64,000 nt of DNA, taken from the NCBI GenBank assembly GCA_045629305.1, contig JAZQQZ010000035.1, forward strand, positions 47,626-111,625, written 5' to 3'. The DNA is from Acutalibacteraceae bacterium. Lineage in GTDB: Bacteria; Bacillota; Clostridia; Oscillospirales; Acutalibacteraceae. The position numbers and the translations under genes are program-made. Positions within the stretch are counted from its first letter, which is position 1; every line of letters starts with the position of its first letter. Positions 1 to 7,765 of the stretch are shown here, one piece after another. The notes beneath the pieces were generated by a model. That model made no database searches and had not been told where the DNA came from. It saw nothing but the letters and a program-made list of their open reading frames with translations.

Positions 1-387
1 TGCGAAAGATACGGTGGCTTTTCCGTCGGATACGCCAGCGAATGTGCCCTTGTAAAAGCCGCCTACACCGACCATTCCGTCTGGATGGTCGTTCTCAAGA
101 TATTTGGCACCCTGACATTCAAGGATGCTCTCATTATCTATACTATATGACCATGTATATCCCGTTGTGGCATTGGCCTCGAGACATACGATGAGGACTC
201 CGTCCTGAAGTTCATACCAAGTGGTTTCGTCATAGCTTAAGTTCTCTTTCGTAGTGCTCTCACTCTCTTTTTCTGTTGTGGATTCTATCTCTGGAACCGT
301 CGGCTCCTCTTTAGTCTTGTCTTTCTTGCAAGCGGAAAGGGAGAGGATGACGGTGAAAATCATTAGGATTGCAATAAATCTTTTCAT
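1..387 (-). CDS. Lipoprotein with chagasin-like (MEROPS I42) cysteine-peptidase inhibitor motifs; the C-terminus runs off the window
   Basis: Hand translation of the minus strand from ATG at 387 gives MKRFIAILMIFTVILSLSAC (lipobox LSAC) ... EANATTGYTWSY ... MVGVGGFYKG. The NxTTGYxW and GxGG loops resemble chagasin/ICP motifs. It is absent from the ORF track because it is open at the window edge. Confidence 0.55.
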   Translation of the reverse strand, partial: MKRFIAILMIFTVILSLSACKKDKTKEEPTVPEIESTTEKESESTTKENLSYDETTWYELQDGVLIVCLEANATTGYTWSYSIDNESILECQGAKYLENDHPDGMVGVGGFYKGTFAGVSDGKATVSFA

Positions 388-404
388 ATATACACCTCGT
401 ATCT

Positions 405-434
405 ATTATAAAATTCGGCTATATTGCTTGTCAA
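405..434 (-). promoter_or_regulatory. Candidate sigma-A promoter for the lipoprotein gene (TTGACA-18-TATAAT on the minus strand)
   Basis: The reverse complement of 429-434 is TTGACA and of 405-410 is TATAAT. The -35 is one arm of the palindrome TTGTCAA-CGC-TTGACAA (428-444), shared with the divergent htpG promoter. Confidence 0.45.
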
Positions 435-437
435 CGC

Positions 438-466
438 TTGACAATTCTATGAATGAGTAGTATTAT
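438..466 (+). promoter_or_regulatory. Sigma-A promoter of htpG (TTGACA-17-TATTAT)
   Basis: TTGACA at 438-443, a 17-nt spacer, TATTAT at 461-466. Confidence 0.7.
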
Positions 467-469
467 GAA

Positions 470-496
470 TTAGCACTCGGAGGCACAGAGTGCTAA
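470..496 (+). promoter_or_regulatory. CIRCE operator (HrcA binding site) upstream of htpG
   Basis: TTAGCACTC (470-478), a 9-nt spacer, GAGTGCTAA (488-496). This is a perfect match to the CIRCE consensus TTAGCACTC-N9-GAGTGCTAA. Confidence 0.9.
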
Positions 497-519
497 TTTT
501 AGTTTAGAGGTGTTTTAAT

Positions 520-2355
520 ATGGCTAAAAAGCAATTTAAGGCAGAGTCTAAAAGACTCCTCGACCTCATGATTAATTCTATTTATACGAATAAGGAAATA
601 TTCCTTCGTGAGCTCATCTCCAATGCGTCTGATGCAATGGATAAGCTCTATTACAAGTCACTTACAGATAACATAAGCGGACTTGCAAGATCAGATTTTA
701 AAATCCTTATTGAGGCCGATGAGGAAAAGAAAACTCTCACTATCTCCGATAACGGTATCGGAATGAATAAAGAAGAACTCGAGCAGAACCTCGGTACAAT
801 TTGTAAGAGCGGTTCTGGAATTTTCAAGAATCAGGAAATCGACGACGAAAAAGCGGCAGAGGATATTGATATTATCGGCCAGTTCGGCGTAGGTTTCTAT
901 TCAGCATTTATGGTTGCTGACAAGGTGGAAGTTGTCAGCCTCGCATACGGAGAAGCCGGTGCTCATAAATGGGTATCAACCGGAGCCGATGGATATACAA
1001 TATCCGATGCTGAACGTGATGGTAACGGTACAACTATCACCATTACACTTAAAGAGGATACAGATGATGAGAAGTACAGCCGCTTCCTCGAGGAGTACGA
1101 GATCCGTAGCCTCGTAAAGCGCTATTCAGATTATATCCGTTATCCAATCATCTATAAGGATGACACACTCAACACAATGTCACCTATCTGGAAGAAGAAT
1201 AAGTCGGAGGTGACAGAGGAAGAATATAATCAGTTCTATAAAGATACATTCTTTGATTATATCGACCCAATCCGCGTAATTCATTCATCTACAGAGGGCG
1301 CTGCAACTTATAATGCACTCCTCTTCGTTCCGGGCAAAGCACCACTCAATTATTACAGTAAAGACTTCGAGAAGGGACTTCGTCTTTACGCATCAGGTGT
1401 CCTTATTATGGAGACCTGCAAGGACCTTCTCCCAGATTACTTCAGCTTTGTACGTGGCGTAGTTGATTCAGCGGACCTCTCTCTCAATATTTCGAGAGAG
1501 ATGCTTCAGCAGGACCGCCAGGTACAAGTTATAGCGAAGCATCTTGAAAAGAAGATCAAGTCTGAACTTCTTTCCATGCTTCGCAATGACAGAGATAAGT
1601 ATATTGAATTCTGGAAACAGTTCGGTATGCAGATTAAATTTGGCATTTATTCAAGCTTCGGCATGAATACAGACCTTCTCAAAGATTTGCTCATCTTCTA
1701 TTCATCATTCGAGGATAAATACACAAGCATTGAAGAGTATGTATCCCGTATGAAGGAAGATCAGAAATACATCTACTATGCATGTGGCGAGAGCGCTTCG
1801 CAGATCTCTAAATTGCCACAGGCAGAGCGTGTACTTGATGCGGGTTATGAAGTTCTCTACCTCACAGAGGAAGTTGATGAATTTGCCATCAAGATTATGC
1901 AGGCATATGACGAGAAGGAATTCCGCTCCATCTCCGACGACGACCTCGGTCTCGACACAGACGAGGACAAGGAGGAGACAAAGAAGAAGCAGGAGGATAA
2001 CAAGGAACTCTTCGACTTCATGCTTGAGACTCTCGGCGACAGAGTAACATCTGTCAAGGCATCTGGAAGACTTAAGTCCTATCCTGTATGTCTCTCAACT
2101 GAGGGCGGCATCTCACTTGAGATGGAGAAGGCACTTGCTGCTCAGCCAGATGAAACCAATAGAATCAAGGCGCAGAAGGTACTTGAAATCAACACAGATC
2201 ACAAGATTTTCGAGACAATAACCAAACTCTATAAGAAGGACAAGGACAAAGTAAAGACATACACAGAACTTCTTTACAATCAGGCACTTCTTATTGAGGG
2301 TATGCCAATCGAAGACCCTGTCGCATTTGCAAATTCAATCTGCGAACTTATGTAA
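520..2355 (+). CDS. htpG: Molecular chaperone HtpG (Hsp90 family)
   Basis: 611-aa ORF. The N-terminus [34 protein letters not shown] is the Hsp90 ATPase signature. Also [11 protein letters not shown]. Confidence 0.95.
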   Translation: MAKKQFKAESKRLLDLMINSIYTNKEIFLRELISNASDAMDKLYYKSLTDNISGLARSDFKILIEADEEKKTLTISDNGIGMNKEELEQNLGTICKSGSGIFKNQEIDDEKAAEDIDIIGQFGVGFYSAFMVADKVEVVSLAYGEAGAHKWVSTGADGYTISDAERDGNGTTITITLKEDTDDEKYSRFLEEYEIRSLVKRYSDYIRYPIIYKDDTLNTMSPIWKKNKSEVTEEEYNQFYKDTFFDYIDPIRVIHSSTEGAATYNALLFVPGKAPLNYYSKDFEKGLRLYASGVLIMETCKDLLPDYFSFVRGVVDSADLSLNISREMLQQDRQVQVIAKHLEKKIKSELLSMLRNDRDKYIEFWKQFGMQIKFGIYSSFGMNTDLLKDLLIFYSSFEDKYTSIEEYVSRMKEDQKYIYYACGESASQISKLPQAERVLDAGYEVLYLTEEVDEFAIKIMQAYDEKEFRSISDDDLGLDTDEDKEETKKKQEDNKELFDFMLETLGDRVTSVKASGRLKSYPVCLSTEGGISLEMEKALAAQPDETNRIKAQKVLEINTDHKIFETITKLYKKDKDKVKTYTELLYNQALLIEGMPIEDPVAFANSICELM

Positions 2356-2365
2356 ATTATAAAAT

Positions 2366-2396
2366 CACACCCACCGATTTGGTGGGTGTTTTTTTA
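2366..2396 (+). terminator. Intrinsic terminator after htpG
   Basis: 9-bp stem ACACCCACC/GGTGGGTGT, loop GATTT, then a T-run at 2390-2396. Confidence 0.8.
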
Positions 2397-2506
2397 TGCC
2401 GTTTAGGCCGATTTATCAGCTTTTTATACCTAAGTTGTCCCTTTTACCTTACGTTTCGGCATTGTATTTAAAAGAGCATTTTCGATGCTTTAAACGGAGG
2501 TAGTTT

Positions 2507-2806
2507 ATGAAAGTAATTATGATGACTGGTCGCTTGACCGCTGACCCTGAGATTAAAGAAGTCGGTGAGAAGAATGCCAAGGTTGCGAATTTCACTCTCG
2601 CTAACAGCGACAGAGACAAGGACAACGCTGAGTTCTTCGATGTAGCTTGCTGGGACAAGTGCGCAGAATTTGCCGAGAAGTATATGAAGAAGGGCAATAA
2701 GATTCTCGTACAAGGCACTTTCTCCAACGAGAAATATCAGGATAAGGATGGCAATGTTCGCCATCACTTCAGAATAACAGCGAACACCATCGAGTTCGCA
2801 GATTAG
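2507..2806 (+). CDS. Single-stranded DNA-binding protein-like OB-fold protein, short form without an acidic C-terminal tail
   Basis: 99 aa. GRLTADPEIK..., ANFTLA, FFDVACWDKCAEFAEKYMKKGNKILVQG... are typical of the SSB OB fold. It ends ...ANTIEFAD with no Gly/Gln-rich linker or DDDxPF tip. Confidence 0.7.
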   Translation: MKVIMMTGRLTADPEIKEVGEKNAKVANFTLANSDRDKDNAEFFDVACWDKCAEFAEKYMKKGNKILVQGTFSNEKYQDKDGNVRHHFRITANTIEFAD

Positions 2807-2811
2807 CAAAG

Positions 2812-2915
2812 AACAGGGTGGCACATATTGAATGCGATCCCCAAAAACATTCAAAAAAGTTAACGATAGCCAATCCATCACGCAATATCAATTAACATGT
2901 CGCCACCCTGTTTTT
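2812..2915 (+). promoter_or_regulatory. Long-range inverted repeat: either a candidate structured leader RNA or a large-loop terminator upstream of the adhesin gene
   Basis: AACAGGGTGGC(A)CAT (2812-2826) pairs with ATGT(C)GCCACCCTGTT (2897-2911). It encloses about 70 nt containing the hairpin TTGAATG/CATTCAA (2828-2854). T5 follows at 2911-2915, then the RBS GGAGG and ATG at 2930. Confidence 0.35.
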
Positions 2916-2929
2916 ATGGAGGATAGAAT

Positions 2930-4792
2930 ATGAGTAGAATAAAACGCCTTATGGCGTTATTTTTATCTATTTTAATAATCTCGCTGACGGTGGTACCTGC
3001 GCTCGCTAAGGACAACGCAGATGTCTCTGCTGGCGAGGCGGTAATCGTCAGCTTCGAGTATTATTGCACCGCCGGTGCAAGCAGTTATTCGAAGACTAAA
3101 ACTGATGATACATATACGAGAATCACACCGAAGGGTAATAGAACTTATTCCAAGATGAGATTCGTTACAACGAACAATTCCCCGACGGGCTCGCCGAGGC
3201 ACGACGATGACGGCAATATTATATGGGTATATTGCGTCAACTTCGGCGTCGAGGCCAACGAGGATTACACGCGCGCGGGCGCCACGCCGAGTAAGACGAA
3301 GGATACGGCGTGGACCTCGCTCACCGCTGAGCAGAAGCGTGGCATTCAGCTTGCGCTTCTCTACGGTTTCCCTGGGTCCAACAACGGTGGCTCCGCCGCG
3401 GATTCTTATATGGCAACTCAGGCGATTCTCTGGGAATTCCAGACTGGAGTACGTTCGTCGACTAAGACTAACCAGCGAAAAGCTGTGACCTATAAATATA
3501 CGGATATAGAGGGCGAGAAGCATACCTACGATGTCGCTGCCAACTATTTCTATAACATAGTCAAGGATCATAGCGGAGGAAAGACGGCGTATAACAATAT
3601 AATCAGCAAGATTTATTCGCATGATACAGCACCGAATTTTCCATCTAAGATAAACCTTCTCTATGATGAGAAGAGCGGGAAGTTTACCACAACTTTGACT
3701 GACTCAAATGAGGTTCTCTCAAAGTGGGACGTGACTGCAGGCAGTGGCGTCAGCGTTTCTGTATCTGGGAATAAGTTGACACTTACAGCAAATGAGCCTG
3801 TCAGCAATGTGAAACTTAATCTATCGAAAAAGCCGGTTACAATAAAGGCGCAGGGGCAACTCATTCTCTCATCGACAACTGCGGGCCAGACCACCATACT
3901 CGGTCAGGCCCAGGTCGATTCGAGCAAGGTGCTGTCCGTCAGCAGCTATGATTATCATAAAATCGGTGTCTATAAGAAAGGTGAGGTGCTCACTGGATTC
4001 GATGAGAACAATAAGCCGATATACGAGGAACAGTATCTCAGTGACTGCACTGTAAATGTCTGCGCCGCAGAGGATATTAAGACTGGTGATGGTACACTTA
4101 AATATGAGAAAGATGCTGTTGTCTCGACAATAGTCACAGATAAGAATGGTCCAGTATATACGGATTATTTACCTGATGGAAAGTACTATCTTAAAGAGGC
4201 CAAAGCACCGCTTGGCTATGTGCTAAGTGATGATGAAACAGTAGTTGATTTACTCTCCAACCAAGTTGTCACCCTCGGTGACGAGCGCCAGCGGTGTGTC
4301 ATTAATTTCAAAAAATCAATGAGTAACACGACCGGCGAGGCCATGTCGGCATATTATAAGCACGTGTCGTTCGGCGTGTTCACAGGCGAGCAGATTCTGA
4401 ACCTTCCGGCAGACACTCTGCTCGAGACTATCACGCCGGACGATGACGGCAATTGCCAGAGCACCATAGACCTGCCGTTCGGTTACTCATATTACATCAA
4501 AGAGCTCGGCACGGCCGAGGGCTTCATCCTTGATGAGAATAAGTATCTTATTGATTTCAAGGAACTTCCGGAAACGGAGAGTGAATTTGTCGCCGTAGTA
4601 GGCAACGACAATGTGATAGTCAATGAGATGGTGCCGCAGAAAGTGGAGCGAAAGGTACTCGGTGTCGCCGAACTCGTAGAGGACAAAATCGCCCAGACGG
4701 GCGAGGATGTTGACATAGTTCCGATTGCAATCGCACTATTGTCCCTTGTGTTTAGTATTTCTACACTCTATATAACACTAAGAAAAAATTGA
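2930..4792 (+). CDS. Cell-wall-anchored surface adhesin with a thioester (TQxA) domain, SpaA/CnaB-like stalk domains and a C-terminal sortase-type sorting signal
   Basis: Signal peptide ending ALA-KD. WVYCVNFG (Cys102) and LLYGFP...MATQAILWEF (Gln164) match the thioester-domain Cys and TQxA(I/V)W motifs. DGKYYLKEAKAPLGYVL and YYIKELGTAEGFIL are SpaA-like repeats. The C-terminus is IAQTGE + hydrophobic stretch + LRKN. Confidence 0.75.
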   Translation: MSRIKRLMALFLSILIISLTVVPALAKDNADVSAGEAVIVSFEYYCTAGASSYSKTKTDDTYTRITPKGNRTYSKMRFVTTNNSPTGSPRHDDDGNIIWVYCVNFGVEANEDYTRAGATPSKTKDTAWTSLTAEQKRGIQLALLYGFPGSNNGGSAADSYMATQAILWEFQTGVRSSTKTNQRKAVTYKYTDIEGEKHTYDVAANYFYNIVKDHSGGKTAYNNIISKIYSHDTAPNFPSKINLLYDEKSGKFTTTLTDSNEVLSKWDVTAGSGVSVSVSGNKLTLTANEPVSNVKLNLSKKPVTIKAQGQLILSSTTAGQTTILGQAQVDSSKVLSVSSYDYHKIGVYKKGEVLTGFDENNKPIYEEQYLSDCTVNVCAAEDIKTGDGTLKYEKDAVVSTIVTDKNGPVYTDYLPDGKYYLKEAKAPLGYVLSDDETVVDLLSNQVVTLGDERQRCVINFKKSMSNTTGEAMSAYYKHVSFGVFTGEQILNLPADTLLETITPDDDGNCQSTIDLPFGYSYYIKELGTAEGFILDENKYLIDFKELPETESEFVAVVGNDNVIVNEMVPQKVERKVLGVAELVEDKIAQTGEDVDIVPIAIALLSLVFSISTLYITLRKN

Positions 4793-4817
4793 CATAATTA
4801 TATATAAGATTTATAAT
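4789..4817 (+). promoter_or_regulatory. Sigma-A promoter of thrS (TTGACA-17-TATAAT)
   Basis: TTGACA at 4789-4794 overlaps the adhesin stop codon. TATAAT at 4812-4817. Confidence 0.65.
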
Positions 4818-4858
4818 TCTTCTGTTATTCTATTATTACTTATAAACGGGGAAGAAAC

Positions 4859-6643
4859 ATGAAGATTATTTACAACGACGGTACAGTTGCAGAGTGTCCT
4901 GAGGAGGAGAAAACTCACGTCTTAAGACACAGTGCTGCACATATCATGGCTCAGGCAATTAAGCGCCTCTACCCACAGGCAGACTTCGCTTATGGTCCTG
5001 CAACAGAGAAGGGCTTCTATTATGATGTAGATCTCGGCGATGCTAAACTCGCTGATGAAGATCTCCAGAAGATAGAGGACGAGATGAGAAAAATCGTCAA
5101 GGAGAACCTTCCTTTTAAGACCTATGAGCTTCCACGTGCTGAGGCAATCAAGCACATGGAGGAGCGTAAAGAGTCTTACAAGGTAGAGCATATTGGCGAC
5201 CTCGATGCTGATGCACGTATCACATTCTTCTCACAGGGAGACTATGTTGACATGTGCGTAGGTCCTCATATCACTTATACCAAGGCCCTCAAAGCTTTCA
5301 AAATCACTGGCCAGTCCGGTGCTTATTGGAAGGCAGACAGTAATAATAAGATGCTTACCCGTATATATGGCACAGCTTTCGCAACACAGGAAGAGCTTGA
5401 TGCATACTTAAAGGAACTCGCAGAGGCAGAGCAGCGTGACCACCGCAAGATTGGTAAAGAGATGGGTCTCTTTATGACAGACAATCTTGTAGGCCGTGGA
5501 CTTCCAATGTTCCTGAACAAAGGCTATACAGTATGGCAGGAACTTGAGAATTATATCAAGGCTAAAGAGCGTAACCTCGGCTATCAGCATGTTATGACTC
5601 CTTGCGTAGGTACAGTTGATCTCTATAAGACATCTGGTCACTGGGATCACTATAAAGAGAACATGTTCCCAGCAATGGAAGTTGAGGGCGAACAGTTCGT
5701 TCTCCGTCCTATGAACTGCCCACATCATATGATGATCTATGCTAACAAGCCACATTCATATCGTGATCTTCCACTTCGTATCGGCGAGATTGCACATGAT
5801 TTCCGCTTCGAGGCATCAGGCACTCTTAAGGGTATCGAGCGTGGCCGTCACTTCTGCCAAAATGACGCCCATCTCTTCGTTACACCGGAACAGATTAAGG
5901 GCGAGGTATCAGCTGTAGTTGACCTTATCTTCGATGTATATAAAGATTTCGGCATCACAGATTATCGCTGCGTATTGTCACTCCGTGATCCTGCTGATAC
6001 AAAGAAGTATCATCCAGATGACGAGATGTGGAACAAGGCAGAAGATGCTCTTCGCCAGGTACTTCGTGACCTCAATATTGATTTCACTGAGGAGATAGGT
6101 GAGGCTGCATTCTATGGACCAAAGCTTGATGTAAATGTTAAACCAGCAGTTGGTGCTGAATATACTCTTTCAACATGTCAGCTCGATTTCTGCTTGCCAG
6201 CAAAATTCGACCTCAAATATGTTGATGCAGACGGCACAGAGAAGACACCAGTAGTTCTTCACCGTGCAATCCTTGGTTCACTCGACCGCTTCATGGCCTA
6301 CCTCATTGAGGAGACCAAGGGTCGTTTCCCAGTATGGCTTGCACCAGTTCAGGTAAAGGTTATTCCTGTATCTGAGAAGACTATTGATTACTCAACAGAA
6401 GTTTATAACAAGCTTAAGGCACTCGGTGTTCGCGTAGAACTCGACGACAGAAATGAGAAGGTAGGATATAAGATCCGTGAGGCACAGCAACTTGACCGTG
6501 CTCCTTATATGCTCGTTCTCGGTCCTCAGGAATCTGAGGCGGGTCTTGTCGCAGTTCGTAACCGCGACGGCGAGACTACACCGATGAGCTTCGATGATTT
6601 CGCAAAGAAAGTTACAGATGAAATAGCAACTAAAGCGAAATAA
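4859..6643 (+). CDS. thrS: Threonine--tRNA ligase with a truncated N-terminal TGS region
   Basis: 594 aa. RHSAAHIMAQAIKRLYP (editing-domain HxxxH), class II motifs FVLRPMNCPHH and RGRHFCQNDAHLF, and a C-terminal anticodon-binding domain. Confidence 0.95.
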   Translation: MKIIYNDGTVAECPEEEKTHVLRHSAAHIMAQAIKRLYPQADFAYGPATEKGFYYDVDLGDAKLADEDLQKIEDEMRKIVKENLPFKTYELPRAEAIKHMEERKESYKVEHIGDLDADARITFFSQGDYVDMCVGPHITYTKALKAFKITGQSGAYWKADSNNKMLTRIYGTAFATQEELDAYLKELAEAEQRDHRKIGKEMGLFMTDNLVGRGLPMFLNKGYTVWQELENYIKAKERNLGYQHVMTPCVGTVDLYKTSGHWDHYKENMFPAMEVEGEQFVLRPMNCPHHMMIYANKPHSYRDLPLRIGEIAHDFRFEASGTLKGIERGRHFCQNDAHLFVTPEQIKGEVSAVVDLIFDVYKDFGITDYRCVLSLRDPADTKKYHPDDEMWNKAEDALRQVLRDLNIDFTEEIGEAAFYGPKLDVNVKPAVGAEYTLSTCQLDFCLPAKFDLKYVDADGTEKTPVVLHRAILGSLDRFMAYLIEETKGRFPVWLAPVQVKVIPVSEKTIDYSTEVYNKLKALGVRVELDDRNEKVGYKIREAQQLDRAPYMLVLGPQESEAGLVAVRNRDGETTPMSFDDFAKKVTDEIATKAK

Positions 6644-6658
6644 TAAGATGTAATTTAT

Positions 6659-6690
6659 AAAGACTCCCGATTTGTCGGGAGTCTTTTTTA
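6659..6690 (+). terminator. Intrinsic terminator after thrS
   Basis: GACTCCCGA (6662-6670) / TCGGGAGTC (6675-6683), loop TTTG, then a T-run. Confidence 0.8.
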
Positions 6691-6694
6691 TGTG

Positions 6695-6723
6695 TTGCAA
6701 TTTTAATATTTTTGTGATATCAT
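6695..6723 (+). promoter_or_regulatory. Sigma-A promoter of the SPFH operon (TTGCAA-17-TATCAT with an extended TG)
   Basis: TTGCAA at 6695-6700, TG at 6715-6716, TATCAT at 6718-6723. Confidence 0.6.
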
Positions 6724-6733
6724 TTTGATATCA
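6715..6733 (+). promoter_or_regulatory. Tandem 8-bp palindromes TGATATCA-TTT-TGATATCA; candidate operator
   Basis: Two identical self-complementary octamers at 6715-6722 and 6726-6733, 11 bp start to start. They overlap the -10 and the expected transcription start. Confidence 0.45.
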
Positions 6734-6754
6734 GATAAAAGGGAGGAAACTTTT

Positions 6755-7762
6755 ATGGAAGAAAAAATTTATACAAATAAGAAAAATGGTATGCTTGCAC
6801 TTGTGCTTATTATTCTCGGATATGTTGTCGCGGCGCTTGCTCTTATCGGAGGTGGAATAGTTGAAAACGGTATTATAATGCTTATTGCTATTCTTTATCT
6901 CGCATTTGGCTGGATTCTTTTCCTTGGCCTTAAAGTGCTCAAGCCACAAGAGGCAGTTGTACTTACACTTTTCGGAAAGTACAAGGGCAGTCTTAAAGAA
7001 GAGGGATTTTATTTCGTAAATCCATTCTGTGGTGCATTTAACCCAGCAGCTGATACAAAGCTCAATCAGAGCGGTGATGTAGATTCTGCTAAATCAGCTG
7101 AGGCAATGGTTGCGGCTGCAACAGGTACTGTGCCTGTAAATAGACCAACTAAGAAGATTTCACTTAAGATTATGACACTCAATAACAGCAGACAGAAAAT
7201 CAACGATTGCCTCGGTAATCCAGTTGAAATCGGCATCGCTGTTATGTGGAAAGTAACAGATACTGCAAAGGCAGTATTTAATGTTGATAACTATAAAGAG
7301 TATCTCTCACTTCAGTGCGATTCCGCACTTCGTAATGTAGTACGCATCTATCCTTATGATGTAGCACCTGGTGTTGATACAACTGGTGACGGTATTGCAG
7401 ATGAGGGTTCTCTTCGTGGATCATCAGATGTAGTTGCAAACAGAATTAAGGAAGAGATTCAGTCCAAGGTATCTGATGCAGGTATTGAGATTGTAGAAGC
7501 TCGTATCACATATCTTGCATATGCACCTGAAATTGCTGCAGTAATGCTCCAGCGCCAGCAGGCATCTGCTATCGTTGATGCCCGTAAGATGATCGTTGAT
7601 GGCGCTGTAGGCATGGTTGAAATGGCACTTGAAAGACTCGACAGCAACGGTACAGTTAAACTTGATGACGAGCGCAAAGCGGCAATGGTTTCTAACCTTC
7701 TTGTTGTTCTTTGCGGAAATAAAGACGCTCAGCCTGTAGTAAATTCTGGCAGTCTTTACTAA
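6755..7762 (+). CDS. SPFH/band-7 (stomatin/flotillin-like) membrane protein
   Basis: N-terminal hydrophobic hairpin, then [24 protein letters not shown] and the Ala-rich coiled region [19 protein letters not shown] typical of SPFH. ATG at 6755 behind GGGAGG is preferred over the TTG at 6725 given in the ORF track. Confidence 0.85.
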   Translation: MEEKIYTNKKNGMLALVLIILGYVVAALALIGGGIVENGIIMLIAILYLAFGWILFLGLKVLKPQEAVVLTLFGKYKGSLKEEGFYFVNPFCGAFNPAADTKLNQSGDVDSAKSAEAMVAAATGTVPVNRPTKKISLKIMTLNNSRQKINDCLGNPVEIGIAVMWKVTDTAKAVFNVDNYKEYLSLQCDSALRNVVRIYPYDVAPGVDTTGDGIADEGSLRGSSDVVANRIKEEIQSKVSDAGIEIVEARITYLAYAPEIAAVMLQRQQASAIVDARKMIVDGAVGMVEMALERLDSNGTVKLDDERKAAMVSNLLVVLCGNKDAQPVVNSGSLY

Positions 7763-7765
7763 TAG

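Noticed and set aside
254-460. A 68-aa plus-strand ORF at the window start
   Set aside because: It overlaps the minus-strand lipoprotein gene and both divergent promoters. Its sequence is featureless and it has no RBS.
2812-2915. Assigning the structured leader upstream of the adhesin to the c-di-GMP (GEMM-I/II) riboswitch classes
   Set aside because: I could not find the conserved GEMM sequence blocks I remember, such as GGCAAACC and ACGCAAAGC-type tetraloop-receptor motifs. It is kept only as an unclassified structure.
4793-4858. T-box leaders upstream of thrS, and likewise upstream of cysE/cysS at 52995-53006 and 53634-53644
   Set aside because: The intergenic spaces of 66, 12 and 11 nt are far too short for a T-box. 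No specifier-loop or T-box sequence was seen.
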